This document shows, piece by piece, positions 41,445 to 53,907 of a stretch of DNA of 64,000 nucleotides (positions are counted from its first letter, which is position 1; each line of letters begins with the position of its first letter). The notes beneath the pieces are model-generated. The model searched no databases and was not told where the DNA came from. It saw nothing but the letters and a program-made list of their open reading frames with translations. The position numbers were made by a program, and so were the translations under genes. Origin of the DNA: Antedon mediterranea (taxonomy: Eukaryota > Animalia > Echinodermata); NCBI RefSeq assembly GCF_964355755.1, contig NC_092674.1, positions 21,638,001 through 21,702,000 of the forward strand. The letters run 5' to 3'.

Positions 41445-42556
41445 CTGTCGATAAAGGACACCACCAGACAAAGATGAACCAAAACACAGAGACCAATTCG
41501 TCGAATTATAGAAAGTGGTGAAATACCGCTGCCAAATTGCTGGTCAAACTTTTTGACATTACAAGATAATAATGCAGATCTGACACGATTTCTATCAGAG
41601 GAGTTGATTCGTCAAGCTCCTATAGACAAAGAAATTGTCACAGCTGGTGGATTTATGAAAGAATCAGTTGTTAAATCATCAAAAGTCTACACGAATACGT
41701 TGTCTCTGGTCGCAGACCATGAAGAATCGGACACGAGACTTGTCATGCTGCCAATGACCGATACGACACAGTTGTAGTTGCTTCTAGGGATACAGACGTA
41801 CTAGTGATTCTAGTGTCTCACTACCAAAGCATGGTATCCAAATGGATGATGACAGGGACATCCAAAAAAAGAAAGTATCTATAAAAGACATTTTTCAAGC
41901 CTTGCCCGAGGGTTCTACAAAAGCACTGATTCCATTCCACACTATTAGTGGATGCGATACTACTCATATCCAGGGAAGAGTTAAATTACATTAATACATA
42001 CATACAGTAATTTAAATCTTCACTGCTCATATCTAAGTGGTCACTCGAAGGCGCGCATCGGCATGGGAAGTATTAAAAAAAAAGTATGAACAAATTTAAG
42101 ACCTGGGAGAAAACCTATCAGTGACCAAGTTATTATGAAATCGGAAAGATTCATTTGCTACGTTTACGGTGTTGGTCAAGTTAAAAGTACCAATGAAGTT
42201 AGGCTTTTAACCAAAAAAAAACCAGAGGCATTACCTCCAACAAGCGATGCCTTGCACCAACATATAAAAAGAGCACACTTCCAAGCACTCGTATGGAAAA
42301 AGCTGTATCGCCAATCCAGCACTTGCTATCACCAACATATTTTGGTTGGGAGCTATCTAATGGTAAACTTCAACCAGTGCTTCTGAAAAATGAAGCTATT
42401 CCTACTGCTTCGTTAGAGATGATTTATTGTGGATGCAAGACACGATGCATAACCAATAGATGTAGGTGCAAGAAGTCAAAACTACCATGTACAGCTTTAT
42501 GCCGCTGTAACAACGCTAAAGATGACGGAAACCTTTGCATGAATGATCTTAACTGA
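41445..42556 (+). pseudogene. Academ XPG/FEN-like nuclease and Cys8 C-terminal fragment
   Basis: WSNFL..N.ADLTRFL..HEESDTRL..SRDTDVLVIL..FHTISGCDTT..ERFICYVYG..LPPTSDALHQHIKRAHFQ..GW..CGCKTRC..RCRCKK..LPCTALCRC; frameshifted. Confidence 0.88.
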
Positions 42557-45500
42557 TGCCCTTAACATGTTCATTCCAAATGTAGCTTACGTGTTCACAT
42601 TTTCTTTTAAATCTATACAATCATAATCCATCATATTGATGGCAGGTAATTTTCAAATGTAGCTTACGTGTTCAAATTATTGTTTAAATCTATAATCATA
42701 ATCCATCATATTGATGGCAGGTAATTTCCAAATGTAGCTGACGTGTTCAAATTCTTTTTTAAATCTATAATCATAATCCATCATATTGATGGCAGGTAAT
42801 TTTCAAATGTAGCTTACGTGTTCAAATTCTTTTTTAAATCTATAATCATAATCCATCATATTGATGGCAGGTAATTTCCAAATGTAGCTGACATGTTCAC
42901 ATTTTAGAAAATCTATAATCATACTCCATCATATTGATGGCAGGTAATTTCAAATTTCAACAAATGTAACTTGCGTATTCAAATTTTTTTTTTAATCTAT
43001 ATAAATCATAACACATCATATTTGATGGCAGTGAATTTTATATTTTTACTAATTATTATTGTGTATAAATAATTTCATAGTTATGAAATTATATTATATT
43101 TAGTATACAATGGCCTATGCTGTAGTTAAAAGGTCAATAACCATACTATCGGCCATTCTTGTACAAAATATGCCATTAGACTGGATAGAAACACACATGT
43201 TTTAAACAATTTAAAAAGAAAAAAAAATTCATAAGACCACAATTTTCAAAGTTATATTATTTTTATATTATTATATTTGACTAATAGTTCAAAGGTCAAT
43301 AGTTGTAGAATCGGCCATTTTTTGTAAAAACATTTCATTATAATAAATAAGAATGTATAGTTTCTGAACAGTTTGAGCCCTATTTCGTGTCTCTCCGATT
43401 ATTGGTTACTGAGACACGAAAAATCAAAGTCAAAGGTCAAAATGTCAGAAATAAGACTTGCATCCATTTTTTGAGAAAATGTGTCATTAAAGTGAATATA
43501 AAAACATATATTTAAAACATTTTGACACCAAAATTAATTATCTGTGACTAGTGGTTCTCGAGATATAGGTTAATTATAAAAAATGGCCGCCATTTTTAAT
43601 TATGCAAATTAAGGGCTTAGATGGCCGAATTTTGCTTGGGATCCGCCATATTCGTAATCAGCGAGGTCGAAATATCCTAAATCAAGTGGATCCCAGCTTC
43701 TACCCAAAAATGCTTCTTGATTCGTTTTTTGAGAAATGGAACCTGTCTAATTATCCTATGCTAAAAAAAATGTAGAAACCGCAGGAAAACAATTTTCTAA
43801 CATTTTCCTGTTGAAATGAACATGATATGGTTAGACATCAAAAAGGTTAATTAGCATAAATTCAAAATAGCCGCTATATAAATTTGGTATTAAACTTTCC
43901 AATTAATATTTAAATTACCATATAACGTACCTATGACGTCATAAGGTCATAAAGTAAAGTATGATGTCAAAAGAATGCGCAATTGGCATATTTTAAGAAA
44001 AAATATGTTTTAAATCTCTTGAAAATAGTAAAACATCCAGGTTAAGATCATCAACTGTGTATCCGCATGGGCTCTATCCCCTCGTCGGGGAGCCTATCCC
44101 ATATCTGGGAACACAGGTACTTTTTGTCGAGTCGGGGAATACTGTAAAAATCGTTGGCGTTCACTTCGTAGCTTCAGCGCCTAGAAAACCGCGACGTTCC
44201 ATTGACCGCGAGTACGTCAGAGGGCTATTATGCATTCATTATTGCCAGCTATCCAACTATTACACAATAGGTACGCACTTGTCTGGCGGTATCCTTTTGT
44301 ACGAATCGTTCAACGTTGTGTCCAAACGCGTGATATCATATTCCATCCAGGGACCAAAATGTGTCGTAGTATTACTTTCCAGGCGAAGTTTACTGACGGT
44401 TACGTTATGTACTGTGTATCGACGTATTCTACAGCAAAAACGAATTATGTTAATCTGATACGTTTGTAATGAGTTTAATGTCGTTTAATTCCACCCTTAC
44501 CTAAAAGCCATCCTAAATCTGGAGGGGCGAAGCAAATTTGGTTAAATGACACCTCTAGATGGCCGGAAATGGTATACTCTCGCACATAACATTCATGATA
44601 AATAGCACCTCTAATTAGTCGGAAAAGACACTCTCATGCAGCATGCTACCAATGAGCAAAACGATCGTATTCGTACCTTTTTTGATCATTCACTTGCGTT
44701 CAAGTTCAATGTGAACGTACGTACGTCTAGGGGAATCCCCAAAAAAGCACTTTGTGTGAGAAGGCAAATTGTATGCTTATTATAGCTCTACCTATATTTA
44801 TTTACAGCAATTTGAAGAAATTAAATATTAATCAATCTTCTAATAGTAAACCACACTCTAATAATAGTAACCCTCCTTTTAATAGTAATAGTGTAACCCA
44901 GTCAATCAATCTATAATAATAACAACCCACTACTCTAATAGTAATAAGGAGATAATGCATGTTGATCTCGGGTGTGGGGATGGATTGAGTGTTTTTGAGT
45001 TTATAAGTTAGTTAGTTAGTTCTGTTCAAACAAATGTGTTTATCCGTACTGTTTTATTATTTTGCTATGAGCTGCTGACCGGAATAGTTGGGGTGGGTTA
45101 CTATTTTCAAGTAATAGTAACCCATAGTAATCCCTTTCTAGTAGTAACCCACCCTAAAAAACAATCAAAGAATAATATAATAACCCAGGGTTACAATTAG
45201 AAGATTTACGGTATACTTTATGCATGCTGACTGCCGTGATCTAAACAATATAGGTACGTACGCTATTGTCTGGCGGTGTCCTTTGTACGAATCGTTCGTG
45301 CCCCAGCTCACTTTATGAGTACGATACACGCATCAATATCATGTTACATCCAGGGATTTCAGGTGAAAATCAGCAATTCATTTGCAACTCGTAAATTTAC
45401 AGACACGTATCGCTCGACATACGCTCATACAGTGAGAAGAAGGTATCGAGTTATTCACGAACGAATTTACGAATTTTTCAAATTAACCTTTTGTACTGTG

Positions 45501-47169
45501 TGGGGCACGTATTTGGAGGATTTTCAGAGATGAGGGTTAGGTATTGGGCATGTCGGGAATGGGGGTTCGCCCGAACCATAAAAACCCTCTGGCTACGCGC
45601 CTGTACATATACATAGAAAATGCAATAGTTCATCATCAAAATACAGTATTACTATTATGGAATCAAACCACCATACACGCAAATTCCACATTTATCAGTT
45701 GGTCTTTGACATTTTAAACCATAATTATTATATGATGCTGGCTGTTTATTTTGTAGAATACATTTGGTATGATATAGCCATGTTTATTGGAATTATGTTG
45801 GTTCAGGGACAGAGAAACATTGTTTTATGTGATTTTCTACAGCTAGTTCTTTAGGGCAACCTTATTTTCTTTTATTGTTTAAAACATGATCTCAGTCAGA
45901 GAGGAAGTATGTTCATGCTAGATGCAGCTTTCGTAATATATAATACATTCAATATCGTTGTAGTATTTTCACAATGTTTCCACCTGAACAATGATGTCAC
46001 CTGTGAGAAATCGTTGGTTGATAGGGTTGCTGAATGTATTGTTATAATCAGCTGAATATACGGGTAGTAGTACACAGCATTTATTAGATTTATGTATACA
46101 AAAATAAATGTTTTAGCTGTAAGACTACACACACGACACCATAACACATCTACACCTACGCTATTATTATGCCAGCTAGTTACTACAGCAGTACTAGGCC
46201 TACTACTAGTAGTAGTAGCCTACTCTAGAAGCCTGTCAGTAATAATAATATAAGTTTTAGGCCCTTACACCACCTAAAAATCGGGGGGAAAAAATTTAAA
46301 AACAGTAGTACACATGTTTATGTAAAGCTAGCGCTGCATGCAAAATAAGCTAGAGAAAGATGTTTCATGGATACGGTCACAATACGCTAGGCTAGTAAAA
46401 GCCTACCCACTATTCACTTGAGCGAACTTTATATGCGGTCATCGCAGTTTAAACGTCCTTTGTTTACATACGTCGTACGCTGAAAGCATTCATATTCGGG
46501 CCTAGACAATATCATTTTTGATCACTGAAAACGCGAAAATGAAAAGTTCTAACTAACTTTATACTACACAGTGTATTACTAAAACAATTTCAGCATATAA
46601 AACCGATCAGATTTATAAATTATTTTCACATTTACGTGAATAAAATTAACAGCAACGAAGTCTTTTTTAATCCAATTTACTCATAATTATGTAGAAAGTG
46701 CGCCCTCTATTGTCTAAATTTGTTTTATTTTGATTAATTTCGGCTCTCAAAAATCAAGATTTTAAACGTTTATATCTTTAAAAAGCCCCCACGTTAGTCC
46801 GATCAACAACCAGATTCGTAATCTACGTCAAAAAATGCACCAGAAAAAGTTGGTTTGGAAAATTCTGCAGAAAAGTGACACCTGCCTCCAGATCCGACTG
46901 GTCTAGACCAGTCGTATTTGAGGTAAAGGTGTCACTTTTTGCAGAATTTACTTCACCTACTTTTTCTGGGGTAATTTTGGCTGTAGAATACGAATATGGT
47001 TGTTGATCGCGACGGGGAGGGGGCGTTTTTGAGATATGAAGGGTCAAAAGTCAAATGGGGTCAAATAAGTCATTTTATGTTTTTTTGTTTAGATATGTTA
47101 AATGTACAACAAAAATGTTTTCTAATGTAAATTAAGTTCCATGTTCCAAATATGATAGTTAAAATGATC

Positions 47170-48267
47170 AGGTGAGAGATCGTTACAACGTTATGAGGTC
47201 AAAGGTCAAATAATACATACTCTGAGAAATTATCAAATACAATATAAATGCGGCACGTTATTTATTACGTCAACAAAATCAAATCACCCATTCATGGTGG
47301 CTAATAGAATGATCATATTTATTATTATTATGAAGTCTATATACAATAAAAACCTAATGATTAAACATTGCTAAAAGCATAAACAAACTGATAAATCTAT
47401 TGTAATGTTATACAGTTATTGTATGTTAATTATTCTAAAACGTAGTTACCCGCGTAGTTAACTTGATCAAATTATTTTAATAAAAGTACTGTAAAGAATG
47501 TTATTGTTTATCATTGGTTCATAAGACTTCTCAACATCCAGGTTCCAAATATTATCATAGGTGAGGGATCGTTATAAAAATTATGAGGTCAAAGGTCAAA
47601 TAATACATACTCTGAAATTTATATTACAGTGTAAATGCGGCACGTTGTTACATCAACAACATGAAGTCTAGGCCTATTTACAAAAAACCCTAAAGATTGA
47701 ATATTGCTAAAAGCATCAACAAACCGATAATGTTATACAATTGTATATTAATTATTCTAAAACTTATTTGAATTAAAGTACTGTAAACAATCATTGGTTC
47801 AACAGGCTTAACAGTCATCTTCACTTTCAAACACGTCATACTCTGTCTCGTATGTTAATATTATTCTAAAACATAGTTAACTTGATAAAATTATTTTAAT
47901 AAAAGTACTGTAAAGAATGTTATTGTTTATCATTGGTTCATAAGACTTCTCAATATCCAGGTTCCAAATATTATCATAGGTGAGGGATCGTTATAAAAAT
48001 TATGAGGTCAAAGGTCAAATAATACATACTCTGAGAAATATATCATACAGTGTAAATGCGGCACGTTGTTACATCAACAACATGAAGTCTATATACAAAA
48101 AAACCCTAAAGGTTGAATATTGCTAAAAGCATCAACAAACCGATAATGTTATACAATTGTACATTAATTATTCTAAAACTTATTTGAATTAAAGTACTGT
48201 AAATAATCATTGGTTTAACAGGCTTAACAGTCATCTTCACTTTCAAACACGTCATACTCTGTCTCGG
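47170..48267. repeat. ~390-420-bp tandem repeats downstream of the Academ ORF
   Basis: GAGGTCAAAGGTCAAATAATACATACTCTG at ~47195, 47585 and 48004. The ORF stop-codon region is duplicated at ~47805-47850. Confidence 0.85.
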
Positions 48268-51200
48268 ATTCTATTTCACTTTCTGTATCACTAGTGCCAT
48301 CTTCACTTCCTTCTGCTTTCTCGCTTATCAAATCAATCAGTTCATCTGACAGTGGAACATTCGTCCAAACAATCTCACTATTAGGAGTCCATCCATGTTG
48401 CTGAGGATCTGGAGCATCAATGATCGAAACACACGACTGTCTCCACAAACGGCACACATAATTTGCTCGTCTTATATGCAGATATAGACATTCTTTACAT
48501 GGTGGTAGAATTGACAAGTCGATGATTTTACCCTTTTTGTTGTATCTGTCCCAGAAAATTTGCTGCCTTAAAGTGTTGACGTTTTTGGTTTGTTTCCAAC
48601 CATACAACTTGCATACGAACTCTTCTAGGTTTTCCAGGACTTCATTTGCCACATCCCAGCTTTCACCAAGTACTCTAAACGTACTTACAAACCTTGAGTA
48701 ATTCCTCAGCACTTTCCAGCAGCTCTTTTTGCCTTTTCTGAAAAAAGCAGACACATAGTCATTCCCTGTAAATGAGAGTAGACCGAGCACTGCCTCCTTT
48801 GTTTCTTTACTCATGTCACATTCCTTCAAATCATAAATTTTCCTGTTGTTGCCATGCCCATTGTCTACCAAGATTTTGAAATCACAATCGGCGAAAAGTG
48901 ACAGAAGAATCAATATAATATCTGTATCACCAGATGGAGAACGCACAATAACCGGACCTGGTTTAGTTGTAAAGGCATGTTTCACATGTAAAGCAATCCT
49001 TGTATCTGCTTCTTCTTGGTCCGATGTCAACTCACCAACAGTACTGCATGGGGTATGTTTAGATAACTTAAAACATCCATCTCTCTTTGAGAAATAAATA
49101 ACTTGACCTGTAGGCATAATGTGAGTGTTGTCTTCCATACTTCCATTAATAAATCTGTCATGCGGTCTTTGTTTGTTCCATTAGATAAAAAGGCAGTGAA
49201 GTTTCTTGGTATTTTAGTGTTTGCAGAATTTATGAAATAAGGCGTACTTGCTCCACGATGATTTCTTTCTCCTCCTTTTATGGACTTGTCATTGTATGTG
49301 TCAGCAATTACATCTATCCGATCATACTTTTTGGGGATTTGATTTAGGAGCTGTATGGCCAGATGATGGAACGTTTCTGGAATACATGTATACATCCGAA
49401 TGGTGGCCATTAAATCTACAATGTATGATGAGACATGTGATGGTGAAGGAAATTGAAATTCTGCTTGAGCGATACTTGGTGTAAAATCACCTACGATGTT
49501 AAGGAGCTTACTTTAAACCGTTGTTCGTCTAGAACCATCTGGGTTAGCCAAGCTCAAAGGCACTGGTGTCAGGCAGTAAGCTAGGGCCGTATTTATATCA
49601 ACCCCTTTCATGAACAACTTTCCAAAGATATCTCGTTCAAATTTTAATTCCACTACCTTTCCATTAGTTACAATTTTTGTTTTCTTCTGACAGTCAAGAA
49701 ATGATCGTATCTTTTCTCGTTTTATTAGGGCAAAAAACAATGTGTCTGGTACTATTAATCGTGATGCTACAAAATCATTGTACCTCTTTTCTCCTAATAC
49801 CTTGGTTTCCAAAATACCTGTCGCAATATCAGCAGGAACTGGTGCTACCGATGATAGATTGAAGAGAGATTCAGAGTCTAGGCTTGTATTGAACGGATTA
49901 AAAAATTCTTCTTCTAACACTGCTAGAACAGATTGCACTCTTTTCTCAGATCGCAAAATCTCTGATGGCCTGCATGCCTTTTTCTCATTGTTGTTTGAAG
50001 ATGACAAGCCTGCAAGTTCAAATAAGGCATCTTTGAATTTCGTTAAATGCGGCCGGTTCAGCACCCATCTCTCATATGCAGATTTATTCGATGAGAATTG
50101 TTTTATGCCTCCAGGCATCTTTGCACTTCTGTTGTATGTTTGCTCTCCAGTCTGGTCCAATGCAACTCTTGATAATCCTCGGTTTACTCTGTACGCTGAC
50201 AGCCCTTTTTTTTTGATCTGTGATTTTGCTCCTGGATAAGCAGCATCAATGTTCTCCAGCATATGTACATAATATGACCCATATCGTGCATAGTTTTGTT
50301 TGTTGAAGGCAAAACAATAACTTGTACCTTCTTTCCAGCATGCGAGTCGATCATAAAAGTTGTTTTCTTTGATAGCCAGGTGCAAGAGATGTTGCGTTTC
50401 CATGATATCTAAATATCCCATCCAGTATTGTGGGGTTTTTCCCATCGATCTTTTACGAACCTCATCCCGAAAAGTTGAATATTTCTTCTGGATCTCAGTT
50501 AATGCGTCAAATCTCTCAATACCATGGTGGAAAGTAGGAATTTCTGTGAACAACTCGGGCAGGGGCTCTTTTATTGCCTTTTCGTCAAGAAATCTTTTGA
50601 TGAGAAGTCTTTCAAGAGCGTCAGCAACATGTTCATGTACTGTCCAAGCTCGGTTGTAATGCTTCCCTTTCATTATTGCATTCATACTGCCTGTTGCACA
50701 AAGACCTGCTTGGAAAACTAAGTCTACAAATCCGGATCCATTCCAAACAACGTGGTAAGCTTTCATAGCAGCACCAACATCCAGTGTTATGTGAGCGTAC
50801 GTCATGTTGGCTTCATTAGCCATCTTTTTAGCTTCACGGAAAAATTCAACGATTGTATTGTAGTCGGTAATTGGCTTGTGGATAGGAGGGAGGTAAGTGA
50901 TTGCCGTTTCGCTATAAGTATTTGAAGGATCAGTACCCACAATTGAAAGCCATCCGGTAAACGTTGGAACTATCTGGTCTCCATCATTAGCAAACCTTGA
51001 ATACTTCCAGAAAAGAAGTTTTAATTTAGATTGCTGACTTACTAATCTTGCAGATGGTAATTGTGGATTTGTAGGTACCACGTTTGGTTCTTTTTTAGGA
51101 TTGACTTGATAGTGGGCATTATCATCATCGATTAGGCCTACTCGATCTATTGTTAGCTTTCTTGCTTTTAGAAACGTTATCTTATCTTCTCTTGGAATTG

Positions 51201-52654
51201 TTTCTCCATCTTCTGCTTCTTGGTACGCAATGCCATGTGTATTGTGGATTGTGCCATGTCCAGACGATGTCTCAATATTTTGGTCAAAGTTATCGAACCA
51301 AAAAACAGTTGAGACTGTTGATAACGGCGTAGAAGGAACCAATGGCAATAGCTGACTTCTTTCTTTAAAATGCAAAGTGAGTTCTGCCAGGCTTGTTCCG
51401 ATGTCACACACCTGGTCATAACTGCATCCATTTCCTAAGCCGTGAATGATTTGGATAGGTTTTTTTTGTCCGGTCATGTCGTGAAGCCCAGCTCCTACTA
51501 ACGCATGTTTACAGGTTAAAAATCTTCCACGAGTGACACCATGAATGAGATCTTGAGCATATGGATTTGATAGGCGCTCTACACTCTCATCCTCTGCATG
51601 TTTAGAAGATTTCAGGACGTTCTGGAAAAAGGATGTTATGTCATCAGGCGGTGCGCGTTTTGGATTCATTATTGAATCTAATGTAGCTGGCCATTCCAAC
51701 GACGGTGCATCATCAGTAAATTCAATAATGAGTTGCCTCATTATAGTTGCAGCACGTCGCATACATTCCGCATCTGTTGTAAAAAGCTCATTAATGGCGT
51801 CTTTGGTGTTTAATGACTCTGAATTTATTACAATTTGTGGTTTGTCACTTTTTACAGTAACAAAAAGAAGCTTTTCACGATACTTGTTTATTAATTTGTC
51901 CTTGAGTTTATAACGATATCTTCTGTTACCAACACCCACTGCTTCCGGAAAGAACATTTAACGTTTCAAGAGAGATTGCTTTATTATTACCAATAACATG
52001 ATCATTCACCATGTTGCAAACCATATCAAAGGCATTGTTATTACCACACTCACGATCTGTACCAACTTCTGGCCTTTGAAGGCTTATCGTATAGTTCTTA
52101 TAACATTTTTCATGTTTCTTGAACTCCCGAGCGATGAGATCTTCATCTTTTATTTTCAACAGCATTGCTTTGTCATTTTTTAGTACAGCAGCCTCGTTTA
52201 AAGACATCTCAACGGTCTTAGTAACAATCGCCATTGGACATTGTTTTTTCCCTTTTGTCTTTATAGCGTACTTACCGCAAATCCCACATTCATTTGGAAA
52301 CAGAGGTCCTGCACCAGTGGGTCTTTGACGTTTCAACCCATAATTACTACATGATACTGGCTGTTTATTTCGTAAAATACTTTTGGCTTTTGTAAATTTT
52401 TGATAGCAAAAACGATGATAGCCATGTTTATTAGAATTGTATGTTGATTCAGGGACAGACAAACATTGTTTTATGTGGTAGTTTTCTCCACCTAGTTCTT
52501 TACGGGCAACCTTATTTTCTGATATCGTTTTAAACGTACTCTCAGTCAGAGGGGAAATATGTTCATGCTCTGTGCAGCTTTGGTAATGAATAATACATTC
52601 AATACGTTCGTCATTTTCATCATGTTTCCGCCTAACCGTTTTTTGTTCTGTCAC
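48224..52654 (-). pseudogene. Academ transposase-XPG fusion (~1470 codons), interrupted
   Basis: YHRFCYQKFT and DLIAREFKKHEKCY; DDE-type motifs WFDNFD..H.THG, ITLD and DQTGEQTYNR; PVPLSL; XPG/PIN-like QEEADTRIALH, SGDTDI and TGNDYVSAFFRKGKK; LPP..HIRRANY..GW. Frameshifts at ~51940 and ~49135, a nonsense codon at 49513-49515, and a splice acceptor TTTTTACAG| at 52655. Confidence 0.9.
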
Positions 52655-53907
52655 CTGTAAAAAATCGTTGTTTGATAGTACTGTACGTCGTGAAAGCAAC
52701 ATAACGTCAAACGATTTGTATAACAAATGACTGTACATATTTATGTTTTGTTTATATGTTTGAGTGTACAGTGCTTAGTTCATACTTGTAATGTGGGTGA
52801 TTTTTATAAGAATGCAAGGTGTTATCACAAAGAGTACCAGAAGAGAAAACCATATCAGTTTACATTATTTTGGTATATAGTATTATCTCCATTAAGTTGA
52901 TGCGTTTTGTGATGCAGGTTCCATTTATATAAATTTACCTCCATGTATGTTATGGGTCATAATATGACGTTCGTCAGTCTGATCTTCCACAGGTAGGCCT
53001 ACAGCTCTTTCCCTAACTATGTAGACTACGCTAGGACTACTCTATAAACACTAGCATCCAAAACAGAACAAGAAAAAAAAATAGTGACAAATTCTTTGCA
53101 ATGTTTCATGACACAATTTATTAATCATACTGAAAGTTTAAACTACCAATCCATTAAAAAAATGTAATAATTAATGTTAATAAATCAGCTGAATATAATT
53201 ATAATATATGGTAGTAGTAAGTACTGTACTGCACTACAGCATTTAGTTTAATTAGTGCATATGTGCTAAAATAAATGCTTTACCTGTATTGTATAACATG
53301 AAATACTACACCTAGGCTAGGCTATATTATTATGTTATTCACTAGGCTATTTCGAAAATATCCGTCTTGTATCGTTGACGTCTAAGACGAGCTAGGTCTA
53401 GTAATCCAATGAGTGTTGCCAAAGTGCGAGTCAACGAGGCACGCAATCCACGCATAATGCACGCAATCCACGCAATGCATGCAATCCACGACGGTAATTC
53501 AACGGAAAAAATAGTACAAGTGCAAGCCTTCGAATAACAATAAGCCTTCGTTAATATTTGTGTAAAATTCATAAACATTTATGAGTCACCTACCGTTAAT
53601 GTAATTATGTTAACAATTTTGAATATCCAGATGCAACTTCGATGTTTACAGTTAGTTTTAGATGGTGCCTGGTCACCGTCTAAGAAGCCTAGCTAGCTAG
53701 CCTAGACCCTATAGTATACGGTAGCCCACCCGCCGGAGTAGAGACGGCTATTCGCTGTATGCTTAGTACAGTCTAGGCCTGGCAGTAGCTTCTTTATCAA
53801 CGCTGTCAACAATGGACGAATACAGTGGATTACGGATATTTTAAATCTAAGTCTTGTGAAATGTATTTTTTTAAACAAAATATCATCTAGTAGGAAGCCC
53901 TATATAC

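Larger units (their letters stand above)
39817..43749 (+). mobile_element. Nested foldback AcademX derivative with ~1.55-kb inverted arms
   Basis: Termini TAGACAAGTTCTATTTC / GAAATGGAACCTGTCTA. TSD ATT at 39814-39816 and 43750-43752. Arms at ~39817-41421 and ~42213-43749. Confidence 0.88.
39313..46905 (-). mobile_element. Academ deletion derivative (monomer 1 of the tandem)
   Basis: The left end TAGACCAGTCGTATTTGAGG matches 46904. The right end ..CAGATCCGACTGGTCTA matches 58358. A decayed homolog of 52410-52680 is retained at ~45760-46025. Confidence 0.85.

Noticed and set aside
40530-43035. Regularly spaced conserved repeats with variable gaps, resembling a CRISPR array next to a nuclease
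   Set aside because: The gaps are homologous to one another, so this is a minisatellite. The context is eukaryotic and the nuclease fragment is an Academ XPG domain.
49677-52328. Plus-strand ORFs overlapping the Academ ORF
   Set aside because: They are antisense shadows with no recognisable motifs.
48224-52738. Four separate ORFs that could be read as an operon or a novel multi-gene system
   Set aside because: They are consecutive pieces of one Academ ORF, broken by two frameshifts and a nonsense codon. Academ is a described superfamily.
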